This document shows, piece after piece, positions 42,810 to 56,400 of a DNA stretch of 64,000 bases. The stretch is from an uncultured Planctomycetota bacterium. GTDB lineage: Bacteria; Planctomycetota; Planctomycetia; Isosphaerales; Isosphaeraceae. How positions within the stretch are numbered: the stretch's first letter is position 1; each line of letters opens with the position of its first letter. A model generated the notes under the pieces. It ran no database searches. It saw only the letters and a list, made by a program, of their open reading frames with translations, and was not told the DNA's origin. The position numbers were made by a program, and so were the translations under genes. Location of the stretch: the NCBI GenBank assembly GCA_963845755.1, contig CAWJTV010000025.1, positions 32,001-96,000 on the forward strand. The letters run 5' to 3'.

Positions 42810-45800
42810 CTATGCGGCATCGCCCGCGGTTCGTAGCAACTCCTGGAAGTCTTTTCGCCCGCGGATCGGTTCGAACGCGGGCTCGCCCTTGATGAGGTCG
42901 AGCTCGTTCGGGCCGGCGGCCGACTTCTTCCAGAGCTTCAGTGCCTGGCGAAGCAGCGCGATCGAGACATCCTGGTAGGAGGCAGCCTGCGCGTTTTCGG
43001 TTTTCGAGAGGGCCGCGTAGATACAGGCGACATTGTGCAGCACGAGGTAATCGTCACTGCCGTGCAACAAGGATAGGTCGGCCTCGCGCTGGGCGTCGCG
43101 GGGGAGCTTGCTCAGGGCCTGGACGTAGCCGAGTCCGGTGTGGGCTTCGGCGTTGTCGGGAGCGACCTGGACCGCGGCAGCGAAGTCGGCCGACGCCTTT
43201 TGGTGCTGATTCAATTGCTCCCAGGCCCAGCCGCGCTTGATCCGCAACTTGGCGAAGTCCGGCGCCAACGCGAGGCCACGAGTGTAAGCCACGATAGCCT
43301 GGTCGAGCCGGCCAGCGTGCTCCAGGAGCGCGCCCAGGTCGTCGAACAGCCCCGCCTGCTTCCCGCCCATCTGGACAGCCTTGAATAGCTCGGCGAGGGC
43401 CAGTTCGAGCATCGTCCGCCCGGTGGGGCCGCCGCGCTTCTCCTGGGGAAGTTCCGTGTAGAGGAACCGGAGCAATCGGCCGCGCAAGCCGTGGACTTCC
43501 CAGCCGCCGGGGTCGATCTTGCGGACGAGCGAGACGTAGGTGTCGAGGTCGGCCAGGGCGCGAGCGGTGTCGTTTCTCGAGAGGTAGATCAAGGGCCTGT
43601 CGAGGTAGACAGATCGGAAGCCCGGGCTCGCGGCAACCACCCGGTCGAAGTCGTCGAGGGCCTTCTGCGCCTCGCCCCGTTCCAGGTGAAGCTGGCCCCG
43701 ATAGTAGGCGGCCTCGACGAGCCGCTTGTCGTCGGGGGGGGCGAGGACGGCCTCGAAGTCGGCCAGCGCCTTGTCGTACTTCTTCTGCCGCCAGGAGACG
43801 ACGCCGCGATGCAGGCGGGGTGGGCGGGCGTCGGCGTCGATGTCGATGGCCTGGTTCAGCGCGTGCTCAGCTTCGTCGTAGCGGCCTTGCTCGGCGAGGG
43901 CCAGGCCGAGGGCGCTGTAACCCCAGGAAGCCTTGGGGCGGATCGCGACGCAGGCGCCCAGCGCCTCCACGGCCTCGGGGAACCGCCCGAGGCTTTGCAG
44001 GCAGCGGCCAAGTTGGAGCCGCGCCCAGTAGTGGTCAGGGTCGATCGCCAGCGCCTGGCGGTAGAGCGCAACCGCCCTCTGCATCCTCGCCGGGTCGAGC
44101 TGCCAGGGCTTCAGGTCGGTCCGGTCGCCAATCCGCGCCGCCGACTCGTCACGCTCGCGTTCGCCCAGGAGGAACAGATCCAGGGCCGTCCTCGGGGACT
44201 TCGGGTCCTCGGCCCGCCGGCGCATCTCGGCCGCCTGTTTCTCGTCCCCGAGCTGCTCGTAAGCACCGGCCCTGAGCCGGAAACTGCTAACCGACGAGCC
44301 GCCCAGCCGCGTCGCCCGGTCGAGGGTCACAAGCACGCGCTCAGCACCGGCGTGACCGGGCTCGGCCCGGAGGGTTTCGGATGCGGCGAGGATCAGCAAG
44401 CCGTGGAGCTCGGACCTGACCGCCGTGCGATCCTCGGGCAACGGCAGCGCTTCGAGGGCAGGTCCCCACGGTTCCGCCAGCTCGATGGCGACCCGTGAAA
44501 TGGCCACACCCTTGTGCGGGTCGAAGTAGGGGGCATGCTCGGACGCCGGGTTGGTCGTGGCGGCGAAAAAGTTCGCCTCGTCCGCGAGGTGCCGGAACGT
44601 CCTCAGGTCGCCCCGTGCCTGCTCCTGCGCCTTCAGGCGGTTGGCCTCGAGGCTGGCCTCGGCGCGGAGACGCTCGGCGTCGCGGACCTTGATGGCCGCG
44701 AAGAGCGCCGACGAGCCGATCAAGATGGCCGCCGCTGAGCGGCCGAGGGCCTTGCGGTTCCGCCTGGCCCAGCGCCAGGCGCGGGCGGCGAAGCCTTCGC
44801 GGTACGCCGAGACGGCCTCGCCGGCAACGAACCGCTGAATGTCGTCAGCCAGCTCGGTCGCGGTCTGATACCGGTCCGCCTTCGCGTGCGCCATCGCCTT
44901 GAGGCAGATGGCGTCGAGAGCCTTGGGCACCAGGGGTCTGATCGAGCGAACGGACTTCGGGGGTTCTTCCTTGGCCTTCTTGAGGATCTCGCGCATGGTC
45001 TTCGCCGAACGGGGCGGGTACCCGGAGAGGATCTGATAGAGGGTTGCCCCGAGCAAGTAGATGTCGCTCCGCTCATCGACTTCTTCGTTCAGGCCCGCCG
45101 CGACCTCCGGGGCCATGTACGTAGGCGTGCCCATAATGGCGCCGTCGTGTGTCTCGGTGTCAGGGATCGACTCCCTCAGCCGGGCGGATGGGCTCGACTC
45201 ATCGCGCCCGGCAGGGTCGTTGTGGCCCAGGACCTTGGCGATGCCCCAGTCGAGCAGGATGGTCTCGCCGAAGGGGCCGAGCATCACGTTCTCGGGCTTC
45301 AGGTCGCGGTGGAGCACGCCACGGGAGTGCGCGTAGGCGACCGTCTGGCAGAGAGCGAGGAACATCTGGAGCAGTCGGAGCTGCTCGACCTCGAGGGCGC
45401 CTCCGGTCAGCTTCCTGGCGTGGAACTCCTCGACGACCTTCTGGAGCGTGCGCCCCTGGACGAACTTCATCACGTAGTAGGGCTCGCCTTCGGCGTTGGT
45501 CCCCAACTGGTGGACGGGGACGATGCCTGGGTGTTCGAGCTGGCCGGTGATCTGGGCCTCAACGCGAAACCGCAACTGCTGGTCGGAACTCTTGCCCAGC
45601 ATCCGCTTCAGCGCGACCGACCGTCCGATCGCGGGGTCCTCGGCCAGCCAGACCTCGCCCATGCCCCCCTTGGCGAAGAACCGCTTGAGGACGTAGTTCC
45701 CACAGCGCTGCTGGGGCGAGACCGGCTCCGCGGCTTGGCCTCCCCGATGCCTGGGATCATAGGCGCCGGTGCCGACCTCGGTCGGGTCGAAAGCACCAGT

Positions 45801-46097
45801 GGGCCCCGGCCTGCCCTGGGGATTGAGTTCGTACCCCCCCGTGGGGTCAATCGGTTGCGTAGCGTTCGCGTCCAGGGCCTCGGTCGCATCCATACCGCTC
45901 GATTCACCCGGATCAACGGCTCCGGTGGCCTGGAATGCGATCGGTAGTTCGTCAGCCGAGGGAGCGGTTTCGCAGTCCGTGCTGGCCCATCCCCGGTCGG
46001 TGATGTCGGCGGCGGTCGCGGCGGGCTCGACTCGCGGGGAAGCCCCGGTTTCGCGCGACGCGATCGTCGAACTCAGATCGATTGTCTCGTCAGGCAT
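42810..46097 (-). CDS. Ser/Thr protein kinase with TM segment and TPR repeats
   Basis: Intact 1095-aa ORF with RBS GAGGAGG. GGMGEV, VALK, HRDLKPEN, DWG and GTPTYMAPE; TPRs; YLVLHNVACIYA tail. Confidence 0.92.
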   Translation of the reverse strand: MPDETIDLSSTIASRETGASPRVEPAATAADITDRGWASTDCETAPSADELPIAFQATGAVDPGESSGMDATEALDANATQPIDPTGGYELNPQGRPGPTGAFDPTEVGTGAYDPRHRGGQAAEPVSPQQRCGNYVLKRFFAKGGMGEVWLAEDPAIGRSVALKRMLGKSSDQQLRFRVEAQITGQLEHPGIVPVHQLGTNAEGEPYYVMKFVQGRTLQKVVEEFHARKLTGGALEVEQLRLLQMFLALCQTVAYAHSRGVLHRDLKPENVMLGPFGETILLDWGIAKVLGHNDPAGRDESSPSARLRESIPDTETHDGAIMGTPTYMAPEVAAGLNEEVDERSDIYLLGATLYQILSGYPPRSAKTMREILKKAKEEPPKSVRSIRPLVPKALDAICLKAMAHAKADRYQTATELADDIQRFVAGEAVSAYREGFAARAWRWARRNRKALGRSAAAILIGSSALFAAIKVRDAERLRAEASLEANRLKAQEQARGDLRTFRHLADEANFFAATTNPASEHAPYFDPHKGVAISRVAIELAEPWGPALEALPLPEDRTAVRSELHGLLILAASETLRAEPGHAGAERVLVTLDRATRLGGSSVSSFRLRAGAYEQLGDEKQAAEMRRRAEDPKSPRTALDLFLLGERERDESAARIGDRTDLKPWQLDPARMQRAVALYRQALAIDPDHYWARLQLGRCLQSLGRFPEAVEALGACVAIRPKASWGYSALGLALAEQGRYDEAEHALNQAIDIDADARPPRLHRGVVSWRQKKYDKALADFEAVLAPPDDKRLVEAAYYRGQLHLERGEAQKALDDFDRVVAASPGFRSVYLDRPLIYLSRNDTARALADLDTYVSLVRKIDPGGWEVHGLRGRLLRFLYTELPQEKRGGPTGRTMLELALAELFKAVQMGGKQAGLFDDLGALLEHAGRLDQAIVAYTRGLALAPDFAKLRIKRGWAWEQLNQHQKASADFAAAVQVAPDNAEAHTGLGYVQALSKLPRDAQREADLSLLHGSDDYLVLHNVACIYAALSKTENAQAASYQDVSIALLRQALKLWKKSAAGPNELDLIKGEPAFEPIRGRKDFQELLRTAGDAA

Positions 46098-46147
46098 TGG
46101 GGGGCCTCCTCAAAAGGTGGACCGGGGCCGCTCGGTGTCAGGTGGGG

Positions 46148-49100
46148 CTACTCCGGCGGCTCGAGGCTCGGCTTCCGCGCCGAGGGCGACCCGGCCGGAG
46201 GCCGTTCGTTGAGCTGGGAGACGACCAGACCGGAAGCCAGGAAGGCAGCCGCCCAGAACGCGCCTGACCCCGATCGATTGCAGCTCGGAGTCGACCGGGA
46301 CACGCTCCTGGAGCAGCCCGTCAATCCCGTGGTCCCAGAGTACGAGATCGATCTGGTCCTGGTCCGGCGTCGACTCGGGAGCGATGTCCGACGTCGTGAT
46401 GGGGGCGGCCTGGGCCGGCCCTGGGTTCGCGTCCTTGACCTGGTGATTCCGCATTGCGCGGTCTCTCGCCGCCCCGGGGATGGCAGGGCGGCCCAGTTTC
46501 TCGAGCATCTCGTGGAACTGGCGGAGCACCGCGGCCGCCGGCTTCCGGCCCAGGGAGTCCATCACCCCGCTGACCCTGGACAACCCCTGATTCAAGACCT
46601 GGAAGATCGACTGGAAGGACAGAGGGCCGTTCTTCTCGTCGATTTGTTCCACGGCGAAGTCTTCCGACAGGCTCAGGGCGTACGACTTCAATATCGGCTG
46701 GCCGGGCCCGGTGGCTCCGCCTGTCGGGGCGGCGGCCGTGGCCCCGCTGGAATCTGTGGAGGAATTTTCGCTCGTCTCTTCCTCGAACGTGACCAGCCCC
46801 ACGAGCAAGGCCGCGCTCGTAACCGCCGCATTCGAGGCCAGCGTCGCGTCCACGCTGGACGACGTTTCTGGTTCCACTGTCGGGCTCGCGGGGCTCCCCG
46901 GGGATCCGGGAGACGAGGCGGCGCCGGTCTCCCCGCCCAGGGCAAGCTCGAATGCGGTCTCCCCGCCCTGCAACTGCGCGGTGAACTCCTCGGCCGAGAC
47001 GCCGGCGGCGGATAACACCACCGCGCCGCCTTGCGCCGTGGCCGCGACGTTGGCCACATCGAGATTGAACGTCCCCGCGGCATTCTCCATCACGATCATC
47101 TCGACGTTCCCGCCGACAGATACGAAGGACGAGCCGAGCCCGTTGGACACCGCATTGGTCGACAGGTTGTAGGAGAGGTTCAGGCCCTGGGGCGATTGGA
47201 GGCTGATCGACACGGGGTCGAGCCAGATAATCGCGAACGACGGGAGCGTCTGCTTCGTCGACCCGGAACCCGGCGACGCGTACAGCGGGAGGTACCGCGC
47301 GAGGATCTCGTCGTTGACGGCCGCCGTGATGGCCGAATCGCCGAGGGCCGCCTGGAGCCCCTGGTCGAGCACCGCGGTGAGGTCGCCCACGAGCTGGGTC
47401 AGGAACGGCGAGGCGACGACGCCCGACCTGGGTGTCGGGACGGTCGGGCCGACGGGGGCCTGCACCAGCCCTGGCTCGTAGAGGCTGGCGCCGTTGACGA
47501 CGAGCGAGCCCGTCACGGTTACGACCGGATGCCCCGCGAACGAACCGTCGCCGGCTGCCAGCTCGCCGGCCTCGGCCGCGTTGAAAGCGGCGGCCTGGAT
47601 CGCGGGGGAGAGCACGATCTCGTACGAACCGGCCGCCAGGGGTTGAGCGAAGAGCAGCGTCACCGTCTGGTCCACGGCGGTCGGGTACGTCAGGCCGCTC
47701 GTCACATCGACGTTCACGCCCGGGTCATAGATGATCGACTGGCCCCCGGATGTCGCCGCGATCGGGACCACGCTCTCGACGCCTGGTCCGAGGAAGATCA
47801 CCGAATAGTTGGCGGGGTCCTCGGCGGACGCCGGGTCGAGGCTGTCGCCCTGGAACGTCAGGACGATGCTCGTGATCGGCCCGCCGGGGATCGGCGAGAG
47901 CGCGCGGACCGACACGACCTGGGGGAGCACGTCGATGTCCAGCGTGTAGTCGCCACTGCCCTGCGCAAGGCCGCCGGCCTCGGCCGGTTCGCCGAAGACG
48001 TGGATCGTCAGCACCGACCCCTGGGCGACCACGACCCGGAATCGATCGCCGGTGCCCAGCACGTCCCCGGCGGCGTCCATCACCTTCATCCCGAGCCCGG
48101 CGCCCCCGACGTCCTGGAACAGGGCGGAGAAATCGACCACCTCGGGGCCGCTGCCCGGGACGTCCTCGGTCGGGACCTGGTAGGTAAAATACGCGTCCTC
48201 GAATCCGGGGACGATCGCCTCCGAATCGGTGACGATATGAACGGAACTGCCCAGGTCGCGGGCGGTGGCGAGCGTGGTATTGGGCGCGACCGGCAGGGAC
48301 GAACTGCTCGACCCCTCGGGCACGCCGGAAAGCACCCAGACGCCCCCGGTGTCGGTGGCGACCAGGTCGGTGTTCCCGTTGTCGTCGAATGCGGTGATCT
48401 TCCCCGCCGACTGGAGCGTGGCCTGCAACTGGGGCATCCGAAGATGGTGAACTGACCCTGGGCGTCGAACTCGGCCGGGAGGAAGTAGACGGCGCCGCCG
48501 CCGCCGCTGGTGGACTCGGCGGTGGCATAGATCCCGGGCGTGCCGGCGATCTCCGCCTGGCCGGCCGGGGGCGTGCTGCCGGAAATGGTGCTGTCGAAGC
48601 CGACCACGGCCAGGCCGAAGACGCTCACGTCCGAGCCGGCGGTGGGCGGCATGACGGGGTACGCTTTGGGGGACCCGAAGGTGCCGTTGCCGTTGCCCAT
48701 CTGGACGTAGACGTTGCCTCCGTTGGTGCTGGTGGTGATCAGGTCGAGGATGCCATTGTCGTCGAGGTCCACCGCCTCGGCGGCATTGGTGTTCTCGCCG
48801 ATGGTGAACACGGTCCCGGGCTGGAAAGTGCCGTTGCCATTACCCAGGAAGATCTCGGCCAGGTCCGAATTCTTGCTGAAGACGATGACATCGTCGATGC
48901 CGTTGCCGGTGAAGTCGCCGACGACCATCGGGCCGGCGCCCTGGGTGAAGACGGTTGGGTAGAGTACCTCGGGCTCGAAGGTCCCGTTGCCCCGGCCGAT
49001 CAGGATGGCGAGCTGCGAGGTCCCGACGCCCTCGGGGAAGTTCTCGAGGACGGCCATGTCGACGTTGTTGCTCCCCGCGACGAAGTTGCCGGTGACCAGC

Positions 49101-52100
49101 GAGTCTGGGTTGGTCACGGCGTCGTCGGTGCGCTGGGGCTGGAAACCGCCGTCGCCGTTGTTGAGCAAGACCGAGACATCGCCCGCGCGGTAGTTGGGGA
49201 CCGCGACGTCGAGCTCCCCGTTATCGGTGAAGTCGGCCACGCCAATCTGCCGGTAGCCCGCGTTCAGGAAGGACGTGCTCAGGCCGGGGCCCACGGCGTA
49301 TTGCTGGGGCGCCTGGAAGGTCCGGTTGGCGTTGCCCGCCAGCACCTGGAGCGTATCGGTGGTGTCCACGTTGGAGACGAGGATGTCCGGTTCCGAGCTG
49401 CCGCCCAGGTCGGCGACCCGGACCGAAGCGGGGTCGCCCGCCGTCGGCAAGAAGAGTGCCGTGGTGCCCGGCGTCTCATACTGGTCGAAGTTGGTATAGG
49501 TGAAGGTGTAGTCCCCGTTGTCGGCGGGACCGTTGCCCGCGACCTGGATCAGCAGGACCTCGCCCTGAGTGACGGGCAGGCTGACGGTCTGGGGTACGCC
49601 GGCCGGCGTACCCCCGGAGGTCCCCGACATCAGCACGGTCTGGCCATCGGCGCTCAAGATGTTGAGGACCAGGTCCCCGGAGACGACGGCAGACGGGTTG
49701 AGCGTCACGGACAGCGATCCGGAAACGGCTGCCTCGATGCGGTAAAGCGTCTGTCCCCCCGCAGCGATGTTGCCCGCCACATTGCCCCCGACCAAAGTGC
49801 CGAGGTCGCCGGTGAGCGACTGGAGCACCAGCGAGTACGCGATGGTGGACGTGCCGCCGCTGACGTGCACAAGGTAGGTCTGACCGCCGACGCTGTTGAA
49901 CACGAGCTGGCTGCCGATGACGGCGCCCGAGGAATTCACGACCGGCGTCACAATGGCCGGCAGGACGTTGCCGCTGGAATCCGTCAGCTCGACCTGGAGC
50001 TCGGCGGCGTCGCCGGAGGTCGCCGTCGCGACGACGTCGAGCACGCCGGAAGCACCGGCCTGGAGGCTGTACCAGTTGTCGTCGCCCGGGCCCACGGTCA
50101 ACTGGGGCACCTGTCCCTGGGTCGTGATCGTGCCCAGCGCGGTGGCCGTCGCCGGACTGTCATCCGGATAGTACCGATCCAGCGGCGGGGCCGGCGGCTG
50201 GTCGAGGCTGTATTGCTGGAGCTCGATCTCCTGGTTGCCGTTGACCACGGTCGTCCAGACGGCGTAGCCGATCCCGTTGACCGCGGCCAGTCCGATCTGG
50301 TCGCCCAGGTAGTCGGTGGTCGTGCCGTCGCCGTCGGTGAAGGCGCCGGCGGACGGGTTGAAGGAATCGTCGCTGAGGCGGAAGTTGGCGCTGAAGTTCT
50401 GCCCGCCGTTGTTGCTCACGGTGCCGAAGACGTCGAGATCGTTGTTGAGCGGGTCCTCGCGGGTGTCGTACCAGACCACCGTGACCTGGCCCTGGGCGTC
50501 GACGGCCAGGCTGGGAAGGACATGGCCGGCCACGACTTCCTGGGCCAACTGCTGGGGCGAGTCGAATAACGTGAAATTGCCGTTGTCGTCGTCGTTCAGG
50601 ACCGACATGTACAGGGCGTCCGCGTAGGAGGGCAGGTCCGCCAGGTTGGTCGTCTCGCTGCCGACCTGGAACATGAACTGCCAGGTCTGGCCGTAGTCAT
50701 GGGAATAGGCGAACACGATCTCGGGCGCCAGGTCCTCTTTATTATCGAAAACATCATATGACTGGGCCGCGGCAATGTAGACCCAGCCGGGATGGCTGGG
50801 ATCGGCGACGATGTCTTGGAGTGGCAGGGTCAGGAAACTGTCGTCGCCCACGCCGCCCTGGGACAGCGTGGGCGACGGGTCAACGATGGCGGCCTGGTAC
50901 TGAAGGATGCCCAGACCGGTACCAAAGTTGGGCTGAGTGAAGCTGGCCCCGTTGTCGAGCGAGTGGTATACGGTGAAACGACCTCCATCCCAGGTGGACA
51001 CGTAGAGATCGCCCTGGGGACCGATCGAGACCTGCGGGTAGTAGATATACCCCTGGCCCGCGTTCCCTTGATCGTCGGGGATTCCGTACGCCGCGGCGTA
51101 CTGCTCCTGGATCACGGTCTCCTGGACGTTGCCCGGTTCCCCGGTTGCGGGCTCGGTCTGCAACCGGGTCTGCCAGGTTTGGCCGCCATTGCGGGAGACG
51201 GCGAACATGACGTCCGTGCCGTCCTGGGAATTCGGGTCGCCGGGGAACTGGCCCGGTGCATAAGCCCGGACCCACGTCACGTAGAGGTCGTCGTAATCGG
51301 GGTTGGGCTGGCCGTTGGGCAGGCTCTTGTCGGTGTCGATGGCGAAACTGGGTATCATCTCGAAGTTGACCTGCGTGCCCGTGAAGGTATGCGAGACCAC
51401 GGCGACGGGCTGGCCCCAGTTGAGGCCGCCGTCGGTGCTCCCGGACACGAAGATCCCATTGTTCGACGCGAAGCCGTCGTCCATCTGCTGGGGGATGCCC
51501 GGTTCCGGCAAGGTCAGGGGTGGCTGTTGCGGCCCGAGGTAGGTCGCCGCCATGAACGCGATGAACACGTTCCCCTGGCCGTCGAACTCGACGGTGGGCT
51601 GGGCCGCCCCCTGGTTGAACCCGCCGGGCAGCGGGACCGACGAATCGGTCCAGGTCGCCCCGTCGTCCTCCGAAACGGCGACGCCGATGCCTGCGTAGCC
51701 GGTGTTGACCAGCGAGTAATCCATGGAGGCGACGACGATGTGGTTAGGGTTCGACGGGTCGACCGCGATCGAGGGGTTCTGCTGGATGCCCGGCGCGGTG
51801 GTCACCGCCTGGTTGGGCGCGATGGATAGCGCCGCCTCGTCGGTGCCGAGCCCCTGATTGGCGTCGTCGGCCGCATCGTTGTGCGTCAGAGCGTGGTTGG
51901 GATCGATCAGGAAGCCGACGATCGTCTGCGAGGTCGAGCCGAAGCCGGCCGGCGGCGTCGAGGGGAGGGCCACGGTCACCTGGCCGGTGGTCGAGGACTG
52001 CGCGGCGAGGCCGTCGAAGTGGAGCGTCGCGATCGATGGGTCGGAGGCCGCGATCGTGCCGTCGTCCGAGAGGAAAACGCCGACATCGAACGCGGGCGCG

Positions 52101-53138
52101 TCGCCGTAGCCTTCGTTCGCGATGGTGTAGTTGATCGTGATGGCCTGGCCCCAGGTCGTGGCCTGGGTCGAACAGGAAGAACGAGGTGGTGGTGAGGTTG
52201 GAAGCCGGCTGGAGGCCGAAATCGACGCCCGTGGCGTTCTGTCCGTCGGTGACGGTGACAGTCTGCTCGGCGCCCGCCGCGGGGTACGTCTGGACGTCGC
52301 CGGGGGCGGGGACCAACCCGACCTCGTACGTGCCGGAGGCCAACCCGGTGAAGGAGTAGTTGCCGCTGCCATTGGTCACGGCGATCGGATCGGGCGTCGT
52401 GATCGTCAGGGACCAGCTTTGAAGAGTGATGCCACCCTGGGCGCCGGGGAACAACAGTCCCCAGGTGCCGTTGGGGTCGGTGCTGTCGATATAGGCGTAC
52501 GGCTCGTTGAAGAACTGCTCGGGGATGTACGTGCCGGAGATGTTGGAACCGGTCGCGTCGGTGATCGGGGTCGAGGCGTTCATGGCGAACGAGCCGTTGA
52601 ATGTCTCACCCGGATTGAGCAGGAACGCGATGGGGAAGTCCCCATTGATCTGTGCGGCCGGGCTGACGACGCACACATTGATCGGGTAGGGGTTGGTGTT
52701 GGTCAGGTCCATCGTCACGGTCAGGTCCGTGACGCTCGACGGGAGGCCCTGGACCGTCAGCGGCGCCCAGAGCGAGGGACCGACGAAAGAAACCGAGCTG
52801 GGCTCCGGCCCCATGGCGGTGGACCCGGCCAGTGTGGTCACGTCCTGGTCCTGATGGTCGTTGTTCAGGTCCAGGAAGACGTTCTCACCCCCTACTCCGG
52901 CATTACTCGGAGACAGCACGCCGGTGCCGGCCTGGTCCAACTCGACGGTGCCGGCGATCGACGCCGAGAGGAGGACATAGTCCTCGAGCCACTCGAACGC
53001 CGGCCGGGCCGGGAGTCGACTCCAGGAAAACTTGCCTCTGCGCCGGCGGGTTCGCCGTGTCGAGCGAGCGGTCGTTGACCGAGAGAGGTGGAGGAGGCAG
53101 TCGCGAAGTGTGGGACCACTCGCCGTCGAGATAGACAT
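46148..53138 (-). CDS. Giant exported protein (about 2300 aa): P-domain, SdrD-B/CARDB-like, BNR/sialidase-like, PPC and FG-GAP repeats, C-terminal hydrophobic anchor (frameshifts near 52160, 48440, 46265)
   Basis: RRTRRRR..FEWLEDYVLLS export motif; NGTWGL..LQSWSL; NPSIAVDPSNPN; S.DGG..W BNR repeats; ADFTDNGELD and GNGNGTF FG-GAP repeats; FWAAAFLASGLVV tail. Confidence 0.75.
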
Positions 53139-53205
53139 GGGCCAGGGTCCTGGAGAGCCAAGGAGACGGTGGCGTCCGCTGTTCCGGAGACACAGGGTTG
53201 TCTCG

Positions 53206-53325
53206 GAGTCTGTTCCCGAAGGGGCGGGTCCGGGCGAGCGGGGGGCGTCAGCCCCCTGTCCGGTCAGCGACGGCACTCGAAGACAGGGGGCTGACGCCCC
53301 CCGCTCGCCTTTCCGGAACAGACTC
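53206..53325. repeat. REP/MITE-like nested inverted repeat between the two giant genes
   Basis: Perfect 28-bp IR at 53233-53260 / 53282-53309, inside a 15-bp outer IR GAGTCTGTTCC(C/G)GAA at 53206-53220 / 53311-53325. Confidence 0.8.
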
Positions 53326-53465
53326 GCAGTCGGCGACGAGGGCAGGGAGCCATTGGGCCACCTGTCGAGTATACCCCATGCGGCCAAGCGTCGCCGGTAT
53401 CCAGATTTTCTGAAGTATGTGGTCATCTGGGTCAACCTTTCATTGGTAAGGTCCCAACTGTCAAC

Positions 53466-56400
53466 CTACTTCACCGTCTTGCCCATCCCTCTCGCACGGT
53501 ATTCGGTGGGCGGTCCGACCTCAACCTTGCGCTGCCGGCGCCGCCCGAGACGCTGAAACGCCGTCCTGGCTCCCAAGGCGATCAGGCCGGCGGCAACGCC
53601 GATCGGGAACCGCCCGACGGTCTTTCCACCGGCTTCCGGCAAGCCGCCCAATTCCTCCTCGGAGGCGCTCGTCCGTGGGTCGGTACGCGGTCCCGCCCTC
53701 CTCGGACATCGGACGGCCCGCAATCTCGGACACCACCGCATCGGCCGGTTCCACAACCGAGCCGGACGCGGTCAACGCGTACCGGGAACCCCACTCCGCC
53801 AGGATGGAGTCCCGGACGCCGTTGTGCAGGTCCGTGGATTCCCTGTGCTGCGAAAGTGCGAGCCAGATCATCGAGGCCGCGTACCGTCTCTCGATGGACG
53901 AAAGCGGCTGATCGATCGAGTTGGCCGATTCCGCCCGGGTGTTTTGCGCCGGAGAATCGAGGCGTTTGAATCCCAGGATGCGCCCGCGGTCATTGCGAGG
54001 GGAACGGTCGGAGGAGCCATCACGACCGTCAACGAGGGCGAACCGATGATCAGGAGGACCGGTGACACTTGGCTGCTGGAGAAGGTGGCTCCCATCGCCG
54101 ACGTCGTGATCGGGGAGAGGTGGGTCACACCTTCCGGGAAGCCGGTCGCCGTCACCGTGCTGGAGGCCGCGGAGAGAGCCGGACTGGGACTCAGGTCGTG
54201 GCCGGATCCGCCGCTGTTGTTCGACACGACGAAGGAATCGAAGACGCTTAAGACGTCGATCGGACCGCCGTCATTCGTCCAGCTACCGTCGAGGTTGGCA
54301 TCTTGCAAGGGCCCGACCGTCGGTCCCGAGTAGGTCGTCTGCGGACCTTGATACGCCACGAGGTCGGAAACGAGAAGATTGGCCACGGGCGTTCCCAACC
54401 CGGTCACCAGATTGTAGCCCGATTCGGCGGTGTAACCGTTGGAGCCGCTGTCGATCTCGTGATAATCGGCCTGCGGCAAGCGGTACAGCGCCTGAAGCGT
54501 CTCGGTGGGGTCGGTGCTATTCAGCAGTGGCTGCGCCGCCTTCGCCCGCGCCTGGTTCACCAGCAGCAACAACCCCGCCCAGGAGGGCGCCGACAAGCTC
54601 GTGCCGCCCACGACCTCGAACGGGTCGCTGGGATCCAGATCGTACGGGTCGGCGATCCAGGCGCCGGTGGCTGGGTCGGCAACCAACGATACGTCGGGCG
54701 TCGTCCGGCTACCCAGGGACTGGACGCCCTGCTGATACGCCGGTTCGGGCTCATACAGGCTGATGCCGCCTCCCGAGCCGATGGAGGTCCCTGCGGCATC
54801 GGAATAGTAACCCCATCCCGTCTCGCTATTGTAGGAGTTATCGCCGTTGAGCGTGAGGCTGGTACCGCCGACGGCCACCACGTTCGGCGAGAACGCGGGA
54901 TACTCGGGATCCGCGACGCCATAGTCGCCGGTGCTGGCGACGAACGTCACGCCGGGCACGTTGAACTCGCTGTCGTAGGTCGCTTCATCGGCAGCGAAGA
55001 CGGCCTGGCCTTCGGGGAAGCCCCAGCTCATCGACACCACCGACACGCCGGGCTGGCTGGCTGCGGTGGCCACGCTGGCCATCAGGTCGGATAGCGACTG
55101 ACTATTGGCTTCGACGAGGATGATCTGGGCTCCGGGGGCGATGGAATGGACCCATTCGACATCGAGGGCTTCCTCGAGCTCCCAGTTGTCGGTGCCTGGA
55201 CCGGTGGGATCGGTGGAAGGCAGCGAGGTCGCCTGGCCCTGCTGGTTGAGCACGGTCAAGAACGAGGAAGCCGGGCCGTACTGGGCGAACAGCGCCGATC
55301 CGGAGTCGGTCAGGCTGAACTGGGAGTCGTAGGCGTCGAGAGACTGGTCGATGTCGGGATCATCGTAGGCGTCGACGATCGCGATGGTCTGGCCGGAGCC
55401 ATCCTGAGTCAATGCGTTGATGCCATAAGCATCCCGAATCTGGGCCGGGGTGTAGGCGACGGTGCCGGAGGGCGAGCTCAAATTGAGGCCGTCGGCGATC
55501 GCGGCGCCGCTGAGCGTCATCGTATCGACGATGATCGAGATCGTGTTCTTCGAGCTGCCGACCTGGGCGCTGCCGCTCTCGACGAGCTGGGCCGCCGGCG
55601 CGTAGATCGTGCCGGTGATCCCTTGCAAGGCGGAGCCGCTGAAGGTCAGGGCCTTGGTATTGTCGCGCCCCTGGAAGATCAGCATGCCGGCGTAGGTCCC
55701 GCTGGAGGGCGGGGTCAGGCTGACCGAGCCACTGCCGCTGAGCGTGATCGGGCCGAACGTGCCGCCGTCGGTCGTCCCGTTGTAGGCTGTACCGAAGTTG
55801 AAGATGGTCACATTGGTGCCGCTGACGGCGGCGGCTCCGGAGACCGACAGGCCGCCGCCCTCGAGGATGATCGAGGTCCCTGCGGAGATCGTGACGACGG
55901 CGCTGCCGGATGCGGTGAAGCCGCCGCCCTGGATGACGTACGTACCGGCGGCCAGGGTGACCTTGGCGGCCCCCGAGATGCTGATCTGGCTGTAGATGCC
56001 GGACTGAATGGTCGTGGTCGTGCTGCCGCTGATGGACTTCGAGCCATAGTTCGTCAGCCCGGTGGGAATCGCCGGCATCGGCAGCGCTGCGAGCGGGTCG
56101 GAGACCGCCGTGATGCCCGTCAACGGTTGCGGGCTGAGCGTCGGGCTGCCACTCTTCTGGACGCCTCCGACGACCTGGATCGCGCCGGCCTTCACCGAGG
56201 CCGTTCCGCTGATCGCGAGGGCGCTGGACGACTTTGAGTCGATCACCACGTTTCCTGGAATGTTGATGCCGGCGCTGCCCGATAAGGTGAGCGCGCCTCC
56301 GGCCGTCGGGTCGAGAATGTAGAACCCCGTGGCCATGGTGACCGTCAAGGTGCCGGACAGGAGGGTCACCGTATAGTTGGACGTCGCCCCCGTACCATTG

